DNA of 64,000 bases from an uncultured Candidatus Saccharibacteria bacterium (lineage in GTDB: Bacteria > Patescibacteriota > Minisyncoccia > Phycocordibacterales > CAIZLB01). The DNA lies in assembly GCA_964450605.1 (NCBI GenBank), contig CAYVEK010000001.1, forward strand, positions 143,933 to 207,932, read 5' to 3'. Positions 1 to 9,308 of this stretch are shown one piece after another (position 1 is the first letter of the stretch; the number at the start of each line of letters is the position of its first letter). The position numbers and the translations under genes are program-made. The notes below the pieces were generated by a model that ran no database searches, was not told the DNA's origin, and saw only the letters and a program-made list of their open reading frames with translations.

Positions 1-113
1 TTTAAAAAACAAGTCCTCACTAGGGAAGACGTTTAGTAGTATAGCAAGGAGTTTATAAAAAAACAATATATCCAAAGTGACAAAGTGGAAGTTCTACTGT
101 ATACTTATAAACC

Positions 114-1583
114 ATGTCAAACAACTGGGGAGAGTCGGTTTTAAAATTCGACGAAGTCACATATTCTCATATAAAAAATAAACCTATTCTTGAAGAGACG
201 TCTTTTTCTATACGAAAAGGTGCCAAAATAACCCTCATGGGTCAAAACGGTGCTGGTAAAACAACTATCTTTAAACTCATTACAGGTGAGCTTGAGCCAG
301 AGGAAGGGGAGATTCATCTTAATAAAAATATGAGTATTGCCATTGCTCGACAAGTTATTCCACGAGAGCAGATGGAGATAACTGTTCGAGAATTTTTCCA
401 GAAATGTTTTAAAGAAAAAGTCTATGATATCGATCCTCGTATCGAAGAGGTTTTACAGGTAGTACATTTGAAAGCTGATTTTGAAAAAAAGATAAAACAG
501 TTTTCAGGAGGACAACAGGCACGTCTTCTTCTTGCTAGTGCGCTTATCCAAAATCCAGACATACTTTTACTCGATGAGCCGACAAACAATCTTGATAAGG
601 CAGGTATTGAGCATTTAACTAAGTTTTTGAAAGAGTATAGTAAAACAGTTTTAGTTATTTCTCACGATGCTGATTTTTTGAATAGTTTTACTGAGGGTGT
701 TATCTATTTAAATGTACACTCACGAAAAGTTGAGCAATATACCGGTACATATAATGATGTGGTGCGAGAGATTTCTGCACGTATTGAAAAAGAGCGACGA
801 GCTAATGCGCAAGCTGAGAAGAAAATTCAAGAGAAAAAAGATAAAGCCAACTTCTTTGCTCAAAAAGGAGGTGGTATGCGTCTTGTTGCAAAACGTATGC
901 GAGAGCAAGCTGAAGAAGAGGAAGAGGGTATGGTTGATGTTCGAAAAGAAGATAAGACTATACGAGCATTTACTATACCTGTACAACCAGATCTCTCAGG
1001 TGTTTTGTTTACGCTAACTGAGGTACAGATCATGGATATTCATAAAAATGACGGCACGCTTAAAACAAAAAAAGTTAATGTCGAATTGCGAAAAGGTGAA
1101 CATCTTCTCCTCAAAGGTCCAAACGGTATCGGCAAAACGACATTACTCGAATCTCTTGCTACTGGTCATGCAAAAGGTGAATCAATAGCATCTGGAGTAA
1201 AGATTGGATACTATCGACAAGATTTTTCTACACTCGATTTTGATAAAACTCCATTTCAAGAACTCGAATCAGTGATGAAAGATAAAGATGAACATAAACT
1301 ACGACAAACAGCTGCACAATTTTTAATAACAGGTGATCTTGTGTATACACCGATTGGTCGTTTGTCAGAAGGGCAGAAAGGTTTAGTTGCATTTGCAAAA
1401 CTTGTACTAACAGAGCCAGGTCTTCTCATCTTCGACGAGCCAACAAACCACATCAACTTCCGACACCTTCCAGTTATTGCTGAAGCTTTGAAAAAATTTG
1501 AAGGTGCGATGATAGTAGTAAGTCACATGCAGGAGTTTGTAGAGCAGATTGGTATCACAAATGTGCTTGATTTGGGGAAGTAG
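114..1583 (+). CDS. ABC-F family ATPase (tandem ABC domains, no transmembrane domain; EttA/Uup-like translation-associated ABC protein)
   Basis: Two Walker A motifs (GQNGAGKTT, GPNGIGKTT), two ABC signature motifs (LSGGQQARL, LSEGQKGLV), two Walker B motifs (LLLDEPTNNLD, LIFDEPTNHI); charged linker between domains. Confidence 0.85.
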   Translation: MSNNWGESVLKFDEVTYSHIKNKPILEETSFSIRKGAKITLMGQNGAGKTTIFKLITGELEPEEGEIHLNKNMSIAIARQVIPREQMEITVREFFQKCFKEKVYDIDPRIEEVLQVVHLKADFEKKIKQFSGGQQARLLLASALIQNPDILLLDEPTNNLDKAGIEHLTKFLKEYSKTVLVISHDADFLNSFTEGVIYLNVHSRKVEQYTGTYNDVVREISARIEKERRANAQAEKKIQEKKDKANFFAQKGGGMRLVAKRMREQAEEEEEGMVDVRKEDKTIRAFTIPVQPDLSGVLFTLTEVQIMDIHKNDGTLKTKKVNVELRKGEHLLLKGPNGIGKTTLLESLATGHAKGESIASGVKIGYYRQDFSTLDFDKTPFQELESVMKDKDEHKLRQTAAQFLITGDLVYTPIGRLSEGQKGLVAFAKLVLTEPGLLIFDEPTNHINFRHLPVIAEALKKFEGAMIVVSHMQEFVEQIGITNVLDLGK

Positions 1584-1679
1584 AAGTTGACAGAGCTGAT
1601 ATAATAGAGATATGTAGTGAGGTAACTTGCTACACTAAATGGGCTTTTGCCTCGCCCTGGAGAAATCTAGGGAGAATAA

Positions 1680-2087
1680 TTACAAAAAATCAGCAAAGAT
1701 AAAAGTGCTGATTTTTTGTTTTATGCTTAAAAACAGTTTTGCTTCTAAGTGATGTATTTTATTGATAAGTCTCCGGCTATCAAAATTTTTTATTTGTGAA
1801 ATATGAATTAAACAATCCTTATTTTTTATTTTTCCAATATAAAGTTTGTATTTATTTATATTTTCAACCTTAGAACTAAGAGGTACACATAAAAAAGAGT
1901 TTCTACCATATTTTTTAATTATAAGTACAGGCCTCTCAAAATTTTTACCTTTCCCATCTATTTCATATCCAATGTTAACACCCATGTGTACCCACCAAAT
2001 ATCCCCCTCATCAAAGTAGGGAATATGATCTAGTTTGTTGTTGACTGATTCTTTTACAGAATGCCACTCTTTAAAGTTTTTAAACAT
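1680..2087 (-). CDS. PemK/MazF-like endoribonuclease toxin-domain protein (orphan; no obvious antitoxin partner)
   Basis: Core resembles MazF/PemK: GDIWWV...G.E.DGKGKNFERPVLII...VPLSSK...ISQIKNFDSRRL. An 8-bp perfect inverted repeat gtgtagta-N5-tactacac abuts the start codon. Confidence 0.5.
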   Translation of the reverse strand: MFKNFKEWHSVKESVNNKLDHIPYFDEGDIWWVHMGVNIGYEIDGKGKNFERPVLIIKKYGRNSFLCVPLSSKVENINKYKLYIGKIKNKDCLIHISQIKNFDSRRLINKIHHLEAKLFLSIKQKISTFIFADFL

Positions 2088-2172
2088 GTGTAGTACAGAT
2101 TACTACACAATAAATCAAGAAAATCAGAAGAAAAGATAAAGCTTTTGTAGTTTTTGTGGGCGATGGATGGTA

Positions 2173-2200
2173 TTGACTTTTTTTTAAATATATGTATAAT
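2173..2200 (+). promoter_or_regulatory. sigma70-like promoter (TTGACT-16nt-TATAAT) reading into the GC-rich island gene
   Basis: ttgact at 2173-2178 and tataat at 2195-2200, in an AT-rich context upstream of the GC-rich ORF. Confidence 0.5.
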
Positions 2201-2244
2201 ATATAGTCGAAACCGCACTTTGAAATTCTTCTGTCTCAGCGGGT

Positions 2245-2290
2245 GCTGTGACAGATTTCGGGTGTGGGATTCGAACCAACCAAACTCGCA
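2245..2290 (-). other. tRNA 3'-end-like fragment (T-arm GGTTCGAATCC plus acceptor 3' strand), no complete tRNA; possible att-site remnant
   Basis: The minus-strand reading ...ggttggttcgaatcccacacccgaaa... has a canonical T-loop TTCGAAT and flanking stem, but no matching 5' acceptor/D/anticodon arms. Confidence 0.4.
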
Positions 2291-2302
2291 ACTACCCACC
2301 AT

Positions 2303-3466
2303 ATGAAGGCAAAAGCCCTTCTCAATACCATTGTGGCGGCCATCCTGGCCGTCTTCGCCCTCTGCATCACCACCCCTGCTTCGGCTACGGAGCCGGTGAA
2401 CAAGTTCACCCTGACCCGGCCTGGTGCTGGCGTCAGTACAGACGTGTTTCTTAGCTTCCTTCCACGGGAAAACCCTTCGAACCCTGCTCTGCAGGGCGAG
2501 ACCTGGGTTACAGCTCGGGATGGCTGGGTCAACATCCTTCGGACCGGCGGTTCTTCCGTCGGTTCTGGGTACACCCTCGCAGCCAAGCGTTCATCACCAG
2601 ACTACAACTGGTTGATCACGTCAAGTTTCCCATCATGGGGCGGGGAACTGGACAGTACGACTCAGTTCGGAAACCGTCATCACTTCGGATTGCGTATTCA
2701 CGCGATTCGCCCCGGGGTGACATTCCGGATGCAGGACGTGACCACAGAGGTCCGGTCCTACATCTATGGTTCATCCGGTTGGGCCGCTGACGGAGTGGTG
2801 AATATCTCCACAAACCTGTCGGTCCTGAACGCTTTCAGGCTCCGGCTTGAAGCAGGGACGGATGGGGTCAATGGGACCAATGATGATCCGGTCGCGACGG
2901 TACAGAGCTCGTCACTCCCATCAACATCGTGCCTCTTCGGAGGTCTCGGTGTTGCCATGGGGGCCTACGGCTCCGGTGATAACTACCAGAAACTGCGCAA
3001 TGTATACAACTATTGCGCAGCAAATCATCTGGTGTTTAAAATTAATGTAAATATCCCGTACACCGAAAACGGCCAACCATTTACCTCGTCCGCATCAGCG
3101 GTCTTCGCTCCGGCGACACAGCAGTGGTCAGACCAGTTGCCGGAAGGTACTGTGATGCCACCACTCAGTCTCTCCATCTCCGAATCAGAACTTCTGTTCG
3201 GTGACAGTGAGAAGGGGCTGTTTCCGGCCACAAACAGTCTGTACGTCGTGGAGAAATCTACTGAACAGCGGTCGTGGACACCGGTCGTTCCAGCAAACTT
3301 CGGCACAGGCCTCCTGACCCCATTCGCTGTCGGGGATTATCTCGCCGGCGCTCCTCGGTATTTCTACAGGGTTCGCCAGCTGATCCCAGCCACCCAGCAA
3401 ACCCTCCGCGGACCGCGGAACAACGTCCCCACCGGACCGCCGATCGGCGACTCTGTGGCACCCTGA
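2303..3466 (+). CDS. Secreted hypothetical protein encoded in a ~58% GC island (likely horizontally acquired)
   Basis: Long ORF with N-terminal signal peptide MKAKALLNTIVAAILAVFALCITTPASA. GC content and codon usage (GC3-rich) differ sharply from flanking genes. No recognisable domain. Confidence 0.6.
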   Translation: MKAKALLNTIVAAILAVFALCITTPASATEPVNKFTLTRPGAGVSTDVFLSFLPRENPSNPALQGETWVTARDGWVNILRTGGSSVGSGYTLAAKRSSPDYNWLITSSFPSWGGELDSTTQFGNRHHFGLRIHAIRPGVTFRMQDVTTEVRSYIYGSSGWAADGVVNISTNLSVLNAFRLRLEAGTDGVNGTNDDPVATVQSSSLPSTSCLFGGLGVAMGAYGSGDNYQKLRNVYNYCAANHLVFKINVNIPYTENGQPFTSSASAVFAPATQQWSDQLPEGTVMPPLSLSISESELLFGDSEKGLFPATNSLYVVEKSTEQRSWTPVVPANFGTGLLTPFAVGDYLAGAPRYFYRVRQLIPATQQTLRGPRNNVPTGPPIGDSVAP

Positions 3467-3642
3467 GATAGGGTGAAAAACCATCTCTCCAAACCTCCTG
3501 TCGGGGTTGTGCCCAGTGCACACCCTGACATGGAGGTTTTAACTTTGCATGGTATTATAATTATATATAGATATACATAAAAGGTATTGACAATATATTT
3601 CTATATGATATAATAGAAAGGTAAACAAAATATACAAAAAAT

Positions 3643-4395
3643 ATGAAAAAAATCATACCATTATTTTTAATAGCATTAATGACAGTATCAGCTTCTGTTT
3701 CTGCTACAACTGAAGCTCCTACTCAGGATGCTACAGCTGTTGTTGCTGAGACATCAGCTCCTGTTCAGGACTCAACGGAGGTTACAACTCCCACAACTCC
3801 TACTCAGGATTCAACAACTGTGTCTGAGCAGACAACACCTACACAGGATTCTACTGATGTAAGTACACCGGATACAAATAACAACGGTGCTCCTACTCAG
3901 GATTCAACTGATGTTTCAACTCCTGATACAACAACTACAACTCCTCCAACAACAACCACAACAACAACTCAAACACCCGTTGGACCAACAGGTGGATCAG
4001 GAGATGGTAGTGGATTCTCAAGTGGAGGTGGAAGTATTACATCAGGTACACCTATCAGTAGTACAGCTACATCTACAGTAGTAGACGGTATCAACATGTC
4101 ATGTGGAGATCTATTCAAAACATACATGAAGAAAGGTAAAGTTAATAATAAAGCTGAGGTTATACGACTACAGGCTTTCTTAAACAAAAACCTAAAACTA
4201 AAACTAAAAGTTGACGGAGTATTTGGATCACAGACTGAGGCTGCTGTAAAGAAATTCCAGCTAAAGTACAAAGATTCTACTCTTACACCTTGGGGACTAA
4301 AACTTCCTACAGGATACGTATTCAAGACTACACAGCGACAACTTAACTTGCTTGTATGTCCTGCAAACGACATCCCAATGCCTATCTTGAAATAA
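3643..4395 (+). CDS. Secreted Thr/Pro-rich repeat protein with C-terminal peptidoglycan-binding (PG_binding_1-like) domain
   Basis: Signal peptide; repeated TPTQDST(D/T)VS(T/E) units; Thr-rich linker TTTTPPTTTTTTTQ; C-terminal DGVFGSQTEAAVKKFQ motif typical of peptidoglycan-binding domains. Confidence 0.65.
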   Translation: MKKIIPLFLIALMTVSASVSATTEAPTQDATAVVAETSAPVQDSTEVTTPTTPTQDSTTVSEQTTPTQDSTDVSTPDTNNNGAPTQDSTDVSTPDTTTTTPPTTTTTTTQTPVGPTGGSGDGSGFSSGGGSITSGTPISSTATSTVVDGINMSCGDLFKTYMKKGKVNNKAEVIRLQAFLNKNLKLKLKVDGVFGSQTEAAVKKFQLKYKDSTLTPWGLKLPTGYVFKTTQRQLNLLVCPANDIPMPILK

Positions 4396-4417
4396 TCTTT
4401 TCTTGATTTGGACAAAA

Positions 4418-4449
4418 AACCGCTTTATACAACATAAAGCGGTTTTTTT
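4418..4449 (+). terminator. Rho-independent terminator
   Basis: Hairpin ccgctttat-acaac-ataaagcgg followed by a T7 run. Confidence 0.7.
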
Positions 4450-4481
4450 GTATTTTAGGCTGTGATATAATTGATACACAT

Positions 4482-6965
4482 ATGGCCAAAGCAAAACATC
4501 CAGAAAACAATGCCGGAGAAGGCGCACAAGAGCTTCCAGTACATCAGTCTGTCATCCCTAGAAATATTATCGAAGAGATGCAGGAGTCGTATATCGACTA
4601 TGCCATGTCTGTTATTACAGACCGTGCTCTTCCCGACGTTCGAGATGGTTTAAAACCTGTACAGCGACGTATTTTGTATTCTATGCAAAAACTTGGTCTT
4701 AATCCATCTGCTAAGTATCAGAAAAGTGCCAAAGTAACTGGAGATACTATGGGTAACTATCACCCACACGGTAACATGGCCATCTATGACACTATGGTAA
4801 ACATGGTGCAGGACTTTAACATGCGGTATCCGCTTGTATGGGGTCAAGGTAACTTCGGTAACATTGATGGGTATCCCGCTGCGGCTGAACGATATACTGA
4901 GGTGCGTATGCAAAAGATCACTCCATATATCCTTGCTGATCTTGAAAAGAATACAGTCGACATGCGACCAAACTATGATGGTACACGAAAAGAGCCAAGT
5001 GTGATGCCGACTATTATTCCAAACATGCTTTTGAATGGTACTTTAGGTATTGCGGTAGGTATGGCAACAAACATTCCTCCTCACAACTTGGGAGAGATTG
5101 TCGATGCTACAACTCATCTTATAGATAATCCAGAAGCATCAACTTCTGATCTACTGCAGTTTGTAAAAGGTCCTGATTTTCCAACAGGAGGTATTGTATT
5201 TAATGAAAAAGATATTGAGATCGCCGAGACTCACGGTAAAGGAGGTGTGGTTGTTCGAGGTGAAGCTGAGATTGTTGAAGAAAAAGCGGGACAATCAAAG
5301 ATTATTATCAGCTCTATACCATATCGAGTAAATAAAGCTTCTCTTATAGAGAGTATTGCTGATCTTGTTCGCGAGAAAAAAGTTGAAGGTATCAAAGATA
5401 TTCGTGATGAATCCACAAATGACATACGTGTTGTTATAGAGCTCAAGAACGGAGCATATCCTCAAAATATACTTAACTATTTGTATAAACATACACAGCT
5501 TGAGTCTAAATTCCACTACAACGTTGTTGCACTTGTTGATGGAGTACCACAGACACTTTCTTTGAAAGCTTCTCTTGATCACTTTATTGATCATAGAAAG
5601 ATTGTTATACGACGAAGAACTGAGTTTGATCTAGCAAAAGCAAAGGATCGAGAACATATCTTGCTCGGATTGAAAAAAGCTCTTGATCATATTGATGAGA
5701 TTATTGCCCTCATTAAAAAGAGTAAAGATACTCCAACTGCTCATGCAAACTTGATGAAGGAGTTTAAGTTTTCAGACAGACAGGCAACGGCTATCTTGGA
5801 AATGAAACTGCAGAAGCTTGCTGGTCTAGAGCGAAAGAAGATCGAAGATGAACTTAAAGCTGTACAAGCTTTGATCGAAGATCTTGAAGATATTCTTAAA
5901 AATGCAAAACGAGTTATAAAGATTATCAAAGAAGAGCTTTCTGCTGTTAAAGAAAAATTTGGAGATGCACGGCGTACTCGTGTTGTAAAACATGGTGTAC
6001 AGAACTTTTCACTTGAAGATATTATTCCAGATGAAGAAAGTGTTCTCGTACTTACTGCCGGAGGATATATCAAACGAACAAATCCAGATGAGTATCGAAA
6101 GCAAAAACGAGGTGGTGTAGGGGTTGTTGATGTTGATGTAAAAGAAGAAGACTTTATCACACATCTTGTGTCTGCTTCTATGCATAGTGATCTGCTGTTC
6201 TTTACTGATAAAGGAAAAGCGTATCAGATCAAGATGTATGATATTCCAGAAGGAAAGCGAGCTACACGCGGAAAATCTATCATGAACTTCTTGTCACTTT
6301 CTGAAGATGAGAAAGTAACTTCTATTCTTCCGATGCCAAAAGAAGTTAAGAGTTCAAATCTATCTCTGATGCTTATTACAAAGCTTGGAGTAGGAAAGAG
6401 AGTCGCGCTCGATAGTTTCAAAGATGTACGACGAAGCGGTATTATTGCCATCACACTTGATGCTGGAGATCAATTGATATCTGCCTCATTTGTAGAAGAA
6501 AAAGATTCTGTAATACTGGTTGCAAGTGATGCGCAGTCTATACGATTTGCTGTGGATGAGATACGAGAGATGGGGCGATCTGCCGGAGGTGTCCGAGCAA
6601 TGAAACTTGATAAAGGTGAGACTATAGTTGGAGCGATACCTGTGAAAGCGTCATCAAAAGATGCAGCTGAACTTCTTACTGTTTCTGCAAATGGATATGG
6701 AAAGAAAACTCCACTTGATGAGTATAAAGTACAAGGACGAGGTGGATCAGGTATTAAAACATTTAAAGTTACAGATAAGACAGGATCTTTGATGGCGGCA
6801 CAAGTTGTAACTGATGATATTGAAGAGATAGTGGCGATATCAAAGAAGAGTCAGGTTATTCGATGTGAACTTAAAGAGATACCAAGTCTTGGACGAGATA
6901 CACAAGGTGTACGCATTATGAAGCTTCGAGAAGGAGATTCTCTTGCATCAGTTATTGGAGTCTAG
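4482..6965 (+). CDS. gyrA: DNA gyrase subunit A (type IIA topoisomerase A subunit)
   Basis: QRRILYSM, YHPHGN...IYDTMV active-site region, GyrA-box-like QKRGGVG, C-terminal beta-pinwheel repeats; 827 aa. Confidence 0.85.
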   Translation: MAKAKHPENNAGEGAQELPVHQSVIPRNIIEEMQESYIDYAMSVITDRALPDVRDGLKPVQRRILYSMQKLGLNPSAKYQKSAKVTGDTMGNYHPHGNMAIYDTMVNMVQDFNMRYPLVWGQGNFGNIDGYPAAAERYTEVRMQKITPYILADLEKNTVDMRPNYDGTRKEPSVMPTIIPNMLLNGTLGIAVGMATNIPPHNLGEIVDATTHLIDNPEASTSDLLQFVKGPDFPTGGIVFNEKDIEIAETHGKGGVVVRGEAEIVEEKAGQSKIIISSIPYRVNKASLIESIADLVREKKVEGIKDIRDESTNDIRVVIELKNGAYPQNILNYLYKHTQLESKFHYNVVALVDGVPQTLSLKASLDHFIDHRKIVIRRRTEFDLAKAKDREHILLGLKKALDHIDEIIALIKKSKDTPTAHANLMKEFKFSDRQATAILEMKLQKLAGLERKKIEDELKAVQALIEDLEDILKNAKRVIKIIKEELSAVKEKFGDARRTRVVKHGVQNFSLEDIIPDEESVLVLTAGGYIKRTNPDEYRKQKRGGVGVVDVDVKEEDFITHLVSASMHSDLLFFTDKGKAYQIKMYDIPEGKRATRGKSIMNFLSLSEDEKVTSILPMPKEVKSSNLSLMLITKLGVGKRVALDSFKDVRRSGIIAITLDAGDQLISASFVEEKDSVILVASDAQSIRFAVDEIREMGRSAGGVRAMKLDKGETIVGAIPVKASSKDAAELLTVSANGYGKKTPLDEYKVQGRGGSGIKTFKVTDKTGSLMAAQVVTDDIEEIVAISKKSQVIRCELKEIPSLGRDTQGVRIMKLREGDSLASVIGV

Positions 6966-6998
6966 ATATTTACAAAGGAAACGCGTATACTTATATAC

Positions 6999-8315
6999 AT
7001 GAGTATTGTAAAAGAACTTCACCTATTTCAGATTATTACACTTGGTATATTTTTAGTTGTCGGACTTGCTGGTGTTGCCTTTTTTGCAACCAACAAATCT
7101 GCAGGAACTAAAACAGGATATGAGCCAGTTATATGGGGAACTATTCCAAAATCAGTCATCGATGAATCAATGACGTATTTTCGTGAACAGGGTACAAATC
7201 CTCGTTTCTCATATGTAGAGTATTCAGAAGAGGGTTTTGAACAAACACTTTTAGTGGCTATTGCAAACGGCACAGGTCCAGATGCAATTATATTTCCAAG
7301 TAATATGTTCTATACTCAAGCAAGTCGTCTAGCTACTATACCAAATGAGTCTGTGTCTGCTAAAAATTTTGCCGAAACATACATAGACGCAGGTCAGACA
7401 TTTGCAGTGCAGGGCGGTATAAAAGGTTTTCCTTTGGTTACTGATCCTATGGTTATGTATTGGAATCGAGACATATTTTCATCTGTTGGTTTACTAAACC
7501 CTCCTAAGACATGGGCAGAAGTTGGACAGATGACCTCAAAGATAGTTCGTAAAACAGATAACGGTGTTATCACTCGTGCATTTGTTGCACTTGGTGAATA
7601 TAATAACGTGGATTACGCGAAGCGTATATTATTTACTTTGATGTCACAGGTAGGTGTAAAGCTTACATATTATAGTCCACAATTTGGAGGATATACATCT
7701 GGGCTTATAAATAGTGCTGATGGTGGGGAAGAAAAATCTCGTTCTGTTCTTACGTATTACACTGAGTTTGCTAATCCAGTTAAAGCTTCTTACACTTGGA
7801 ATAGATCTCTTATAAATTCACGAGAAGCATTTCTATCAGGTGATTTGGCGGTATACTTTGGTCCTGGTAGTGAGCTCGAGTATATACGGAGTCGTAATCC
7901 AAATCTAAACTTTAGAGTTGCTCCTATGCCTCAAGAAAATCAAAGTGCAAAATCCGTACACGGTAAAACATATGCGGTTGGAGCGTTGGTGACATCAAAA
8001 GATGTAAACTCAACTATAACAGAGCTTGCAACTTTCTTTACTCCAACACAGACAATAACAGCACTTTCAACTGCTTTAGATATGGCTCCGGCTCGTAGAG
8101 ATGTACTTGCTACATCTAAAGAGGGTCAATCAGACATAAATGTTGGTGCTATTTATGAATCAGCCGTGTATGCCAAGGACTGGGTAGATCCAAATCCAAC
8201 TTCTACCTCAGCCATATTTAAAACAATGATAGAATCCGTTACCTCAGGGCAACAGACATTGTACGAATCATTACAAGACGCTTCAAACCGACTTTCTGCT
8301 TTATTTCAACAATAA
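6999..8315 (+). CDS. Membrane-anchored extracellular protein (N-terminal TM helix; function unknown, possibly solute-binding-like) preceding the pilin array
   Basis: N-terminal hydrophobic helix LFQIITLGIFLVVGLAGVAFF, then a large soluble domain; no confident motif. Confidence 0.3.
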   Translation: MSIVKELHLFQIITLGIFLVVGLAGVAFFATNKSAGTKTGYEPVIWGTIPKSVIDESMTYFREQGTNPRFSYVEYSEEGFEQTLLVAIANGTGPDAIIFPSNMFYTQASRLATIPNESVSAKNFAETYIDAGQTFAVQGGIKGFPLVTDPMVMYWNRDIFSSVGLLNPPKTWAEVGQMTSKIVRKTDNGVITRAFVALGEYNNVDYAKRILFTLMSQVGVKLTYYSPQFGGYTSGLINSADGGEEKSRSVLTYYTEFANPVKASYTWNRSLINSREAFLSGDLAVYFGPGSELEYIRSRNPNLNFRVAPMPQENQSAKSVHGKTYAVGALVTSKDVNSTITELATFFTPTQTITALSTALDMAPARRDVLATSKEGQSDINVGAIYESAVYAKDWVDPNPTSTSAIFKTMIESVTSGQQTLYESLQDASNRLSALFQQ

Positions 8316-8333
8316 TATTAAATAATCAAACAT

Positions 8334-8678
8334 ATGCAACAGCAATCATTTTTTAAAGGTTTACAATCTTGCTTTGGAGACGCTGATGGAGGGTGTGGGT
8401 GGCAAGAAATCTCTGCTTTAGTTGAAAACTTGTTACAAACACTGTTTATCATAGGTTTGTTTGCAGCGGGTTGTATGGTTGCATATGCTGGTTGGCTTTT
8501 GATTAGAAAAGGTAGTGACGCATCAGCACGAACTCGTGCACGAAAAATATTTCAAAATATTGTTTTAGGACTAATACTACTATTCTCAGCATACTACATC
8601 GTAGATCTTGTATTAACTAAAGTTGGTGTTACTGATGAGTTCCGACAGGGATTTATTGAACCAGGAAAAACAGAGTAA
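8334..8678 (+). CDS. TrbC/VirB2-like (T4SS-type) pilin paralog 1
   Basis: Small protein with a two-helix hydrophobic hairpin (LFIIGLFAAGCMVAYAGWLL ... IVLGLILLFSAYYIVDLVL) separated by a short basic loop, as in TrbC/VirB2 pilins. Confidence 0.55.
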   Translation: MQQQSFFKGLQSCFGDADGGCGWQEISALVENLLQTLFIIGLFAAGCMVAYAGWLLIRKGSDASARTRARKIFQNIVLGLILLFSAYYIVDLVLTKVGVTDEFRQGFIEPGKTE

Positions 8679-8716
8679 TCTGGTACAAAGTCATATAAAA
8701 GGGTATAATTTAAAAC

Positions 8717-9304
8717 ATGAAAAAATATATTTTTTATGTTTTAAGTTGTTTTGTACTACTCTTCGTATGTACAGTGCAAGTTCGCGCAGACTTTGATCTT
8801 TTTGATCAACCTCTTCCTAACGATACTACAGGAGGTCTTTTAGATGTTGATACTAGCTTGGGTAATACTTCTGCAAACACTAATACAAATACAGAAACTC
8901 CTGTACAAACTACCTCTGAGAATACTTCTGGCACTCCTGTACAAACTACCTCTGAGAATACTTCTGGAGACAAGCCTGTACAAGATACTTCAAAGAATAG
9001 TTTGAAAAAGAACCCTAAATACCTCATCACCAACCCTCTTGGAAAGACAACAAGTTTACAAGATGTGATTCTAAACGTTGTTAAAGTTGTTCAAATATTA
9101 CTCATGATGGCTGCTGTTGTGTACATCATATGGGCCGGTTTCTTATTTGTGACTGCAAAAGGTGACACTGCAAAAGTTGTAAAAGCTCGAAATTCGCTTC
9201 TGTGGGCAATGGTCGGAGTGGCTCTCGTACTTGGTGCTCAGGTGATAGTAACGACTATTAAAAACTCAGTTAACAGTGTTTTTTATGACACAACTAAAAA
9301 ATAA
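8717..9304 (+). CDS. TrbC/VirB2-like pilin paralog 2 with Thr/Ser-rich repeat N-terminal region
   Basis: Signal peptide; tandem TSENTSG(T/D)(K)PVQ(T/D)TS repeats; C-terminal hairpin VVQILLMMAAVVYIIWAGFLFV ... LLWAMVGVALVLGAQVIV. Confidence 0.55.
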   Translation: MKKYIFYVLSCFVLLFVCTVQVRADFDLFDQPLPNDTTGGLLDVDTSLGNTSANTNTNTETPVQTTSENTSGTPVQTTSENTSGDKPVQDTSKNSLKKNPKYLITNPLGKTTSLQDVILNVVKVVQILLMMAAVVYIIWAGFLFVTAKGDTAKVVKARNSLLWAMVGVALVLGAQVIVTTIKNSVNSVFYDTTKK

Positions 9305-9308
9305 TCGT

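Noticed and set aside
2236-3523. Multiple antisense/alternate-frame ORFs inside the GC-rich island (e.g. 2236-2586 -, 3185-3523 -, 2424-2615 +)
   Set aside because: High GC suppresses stop codons in all frames. Only the 2303-3466 frame has a signal peptide and full-length coherent composition.
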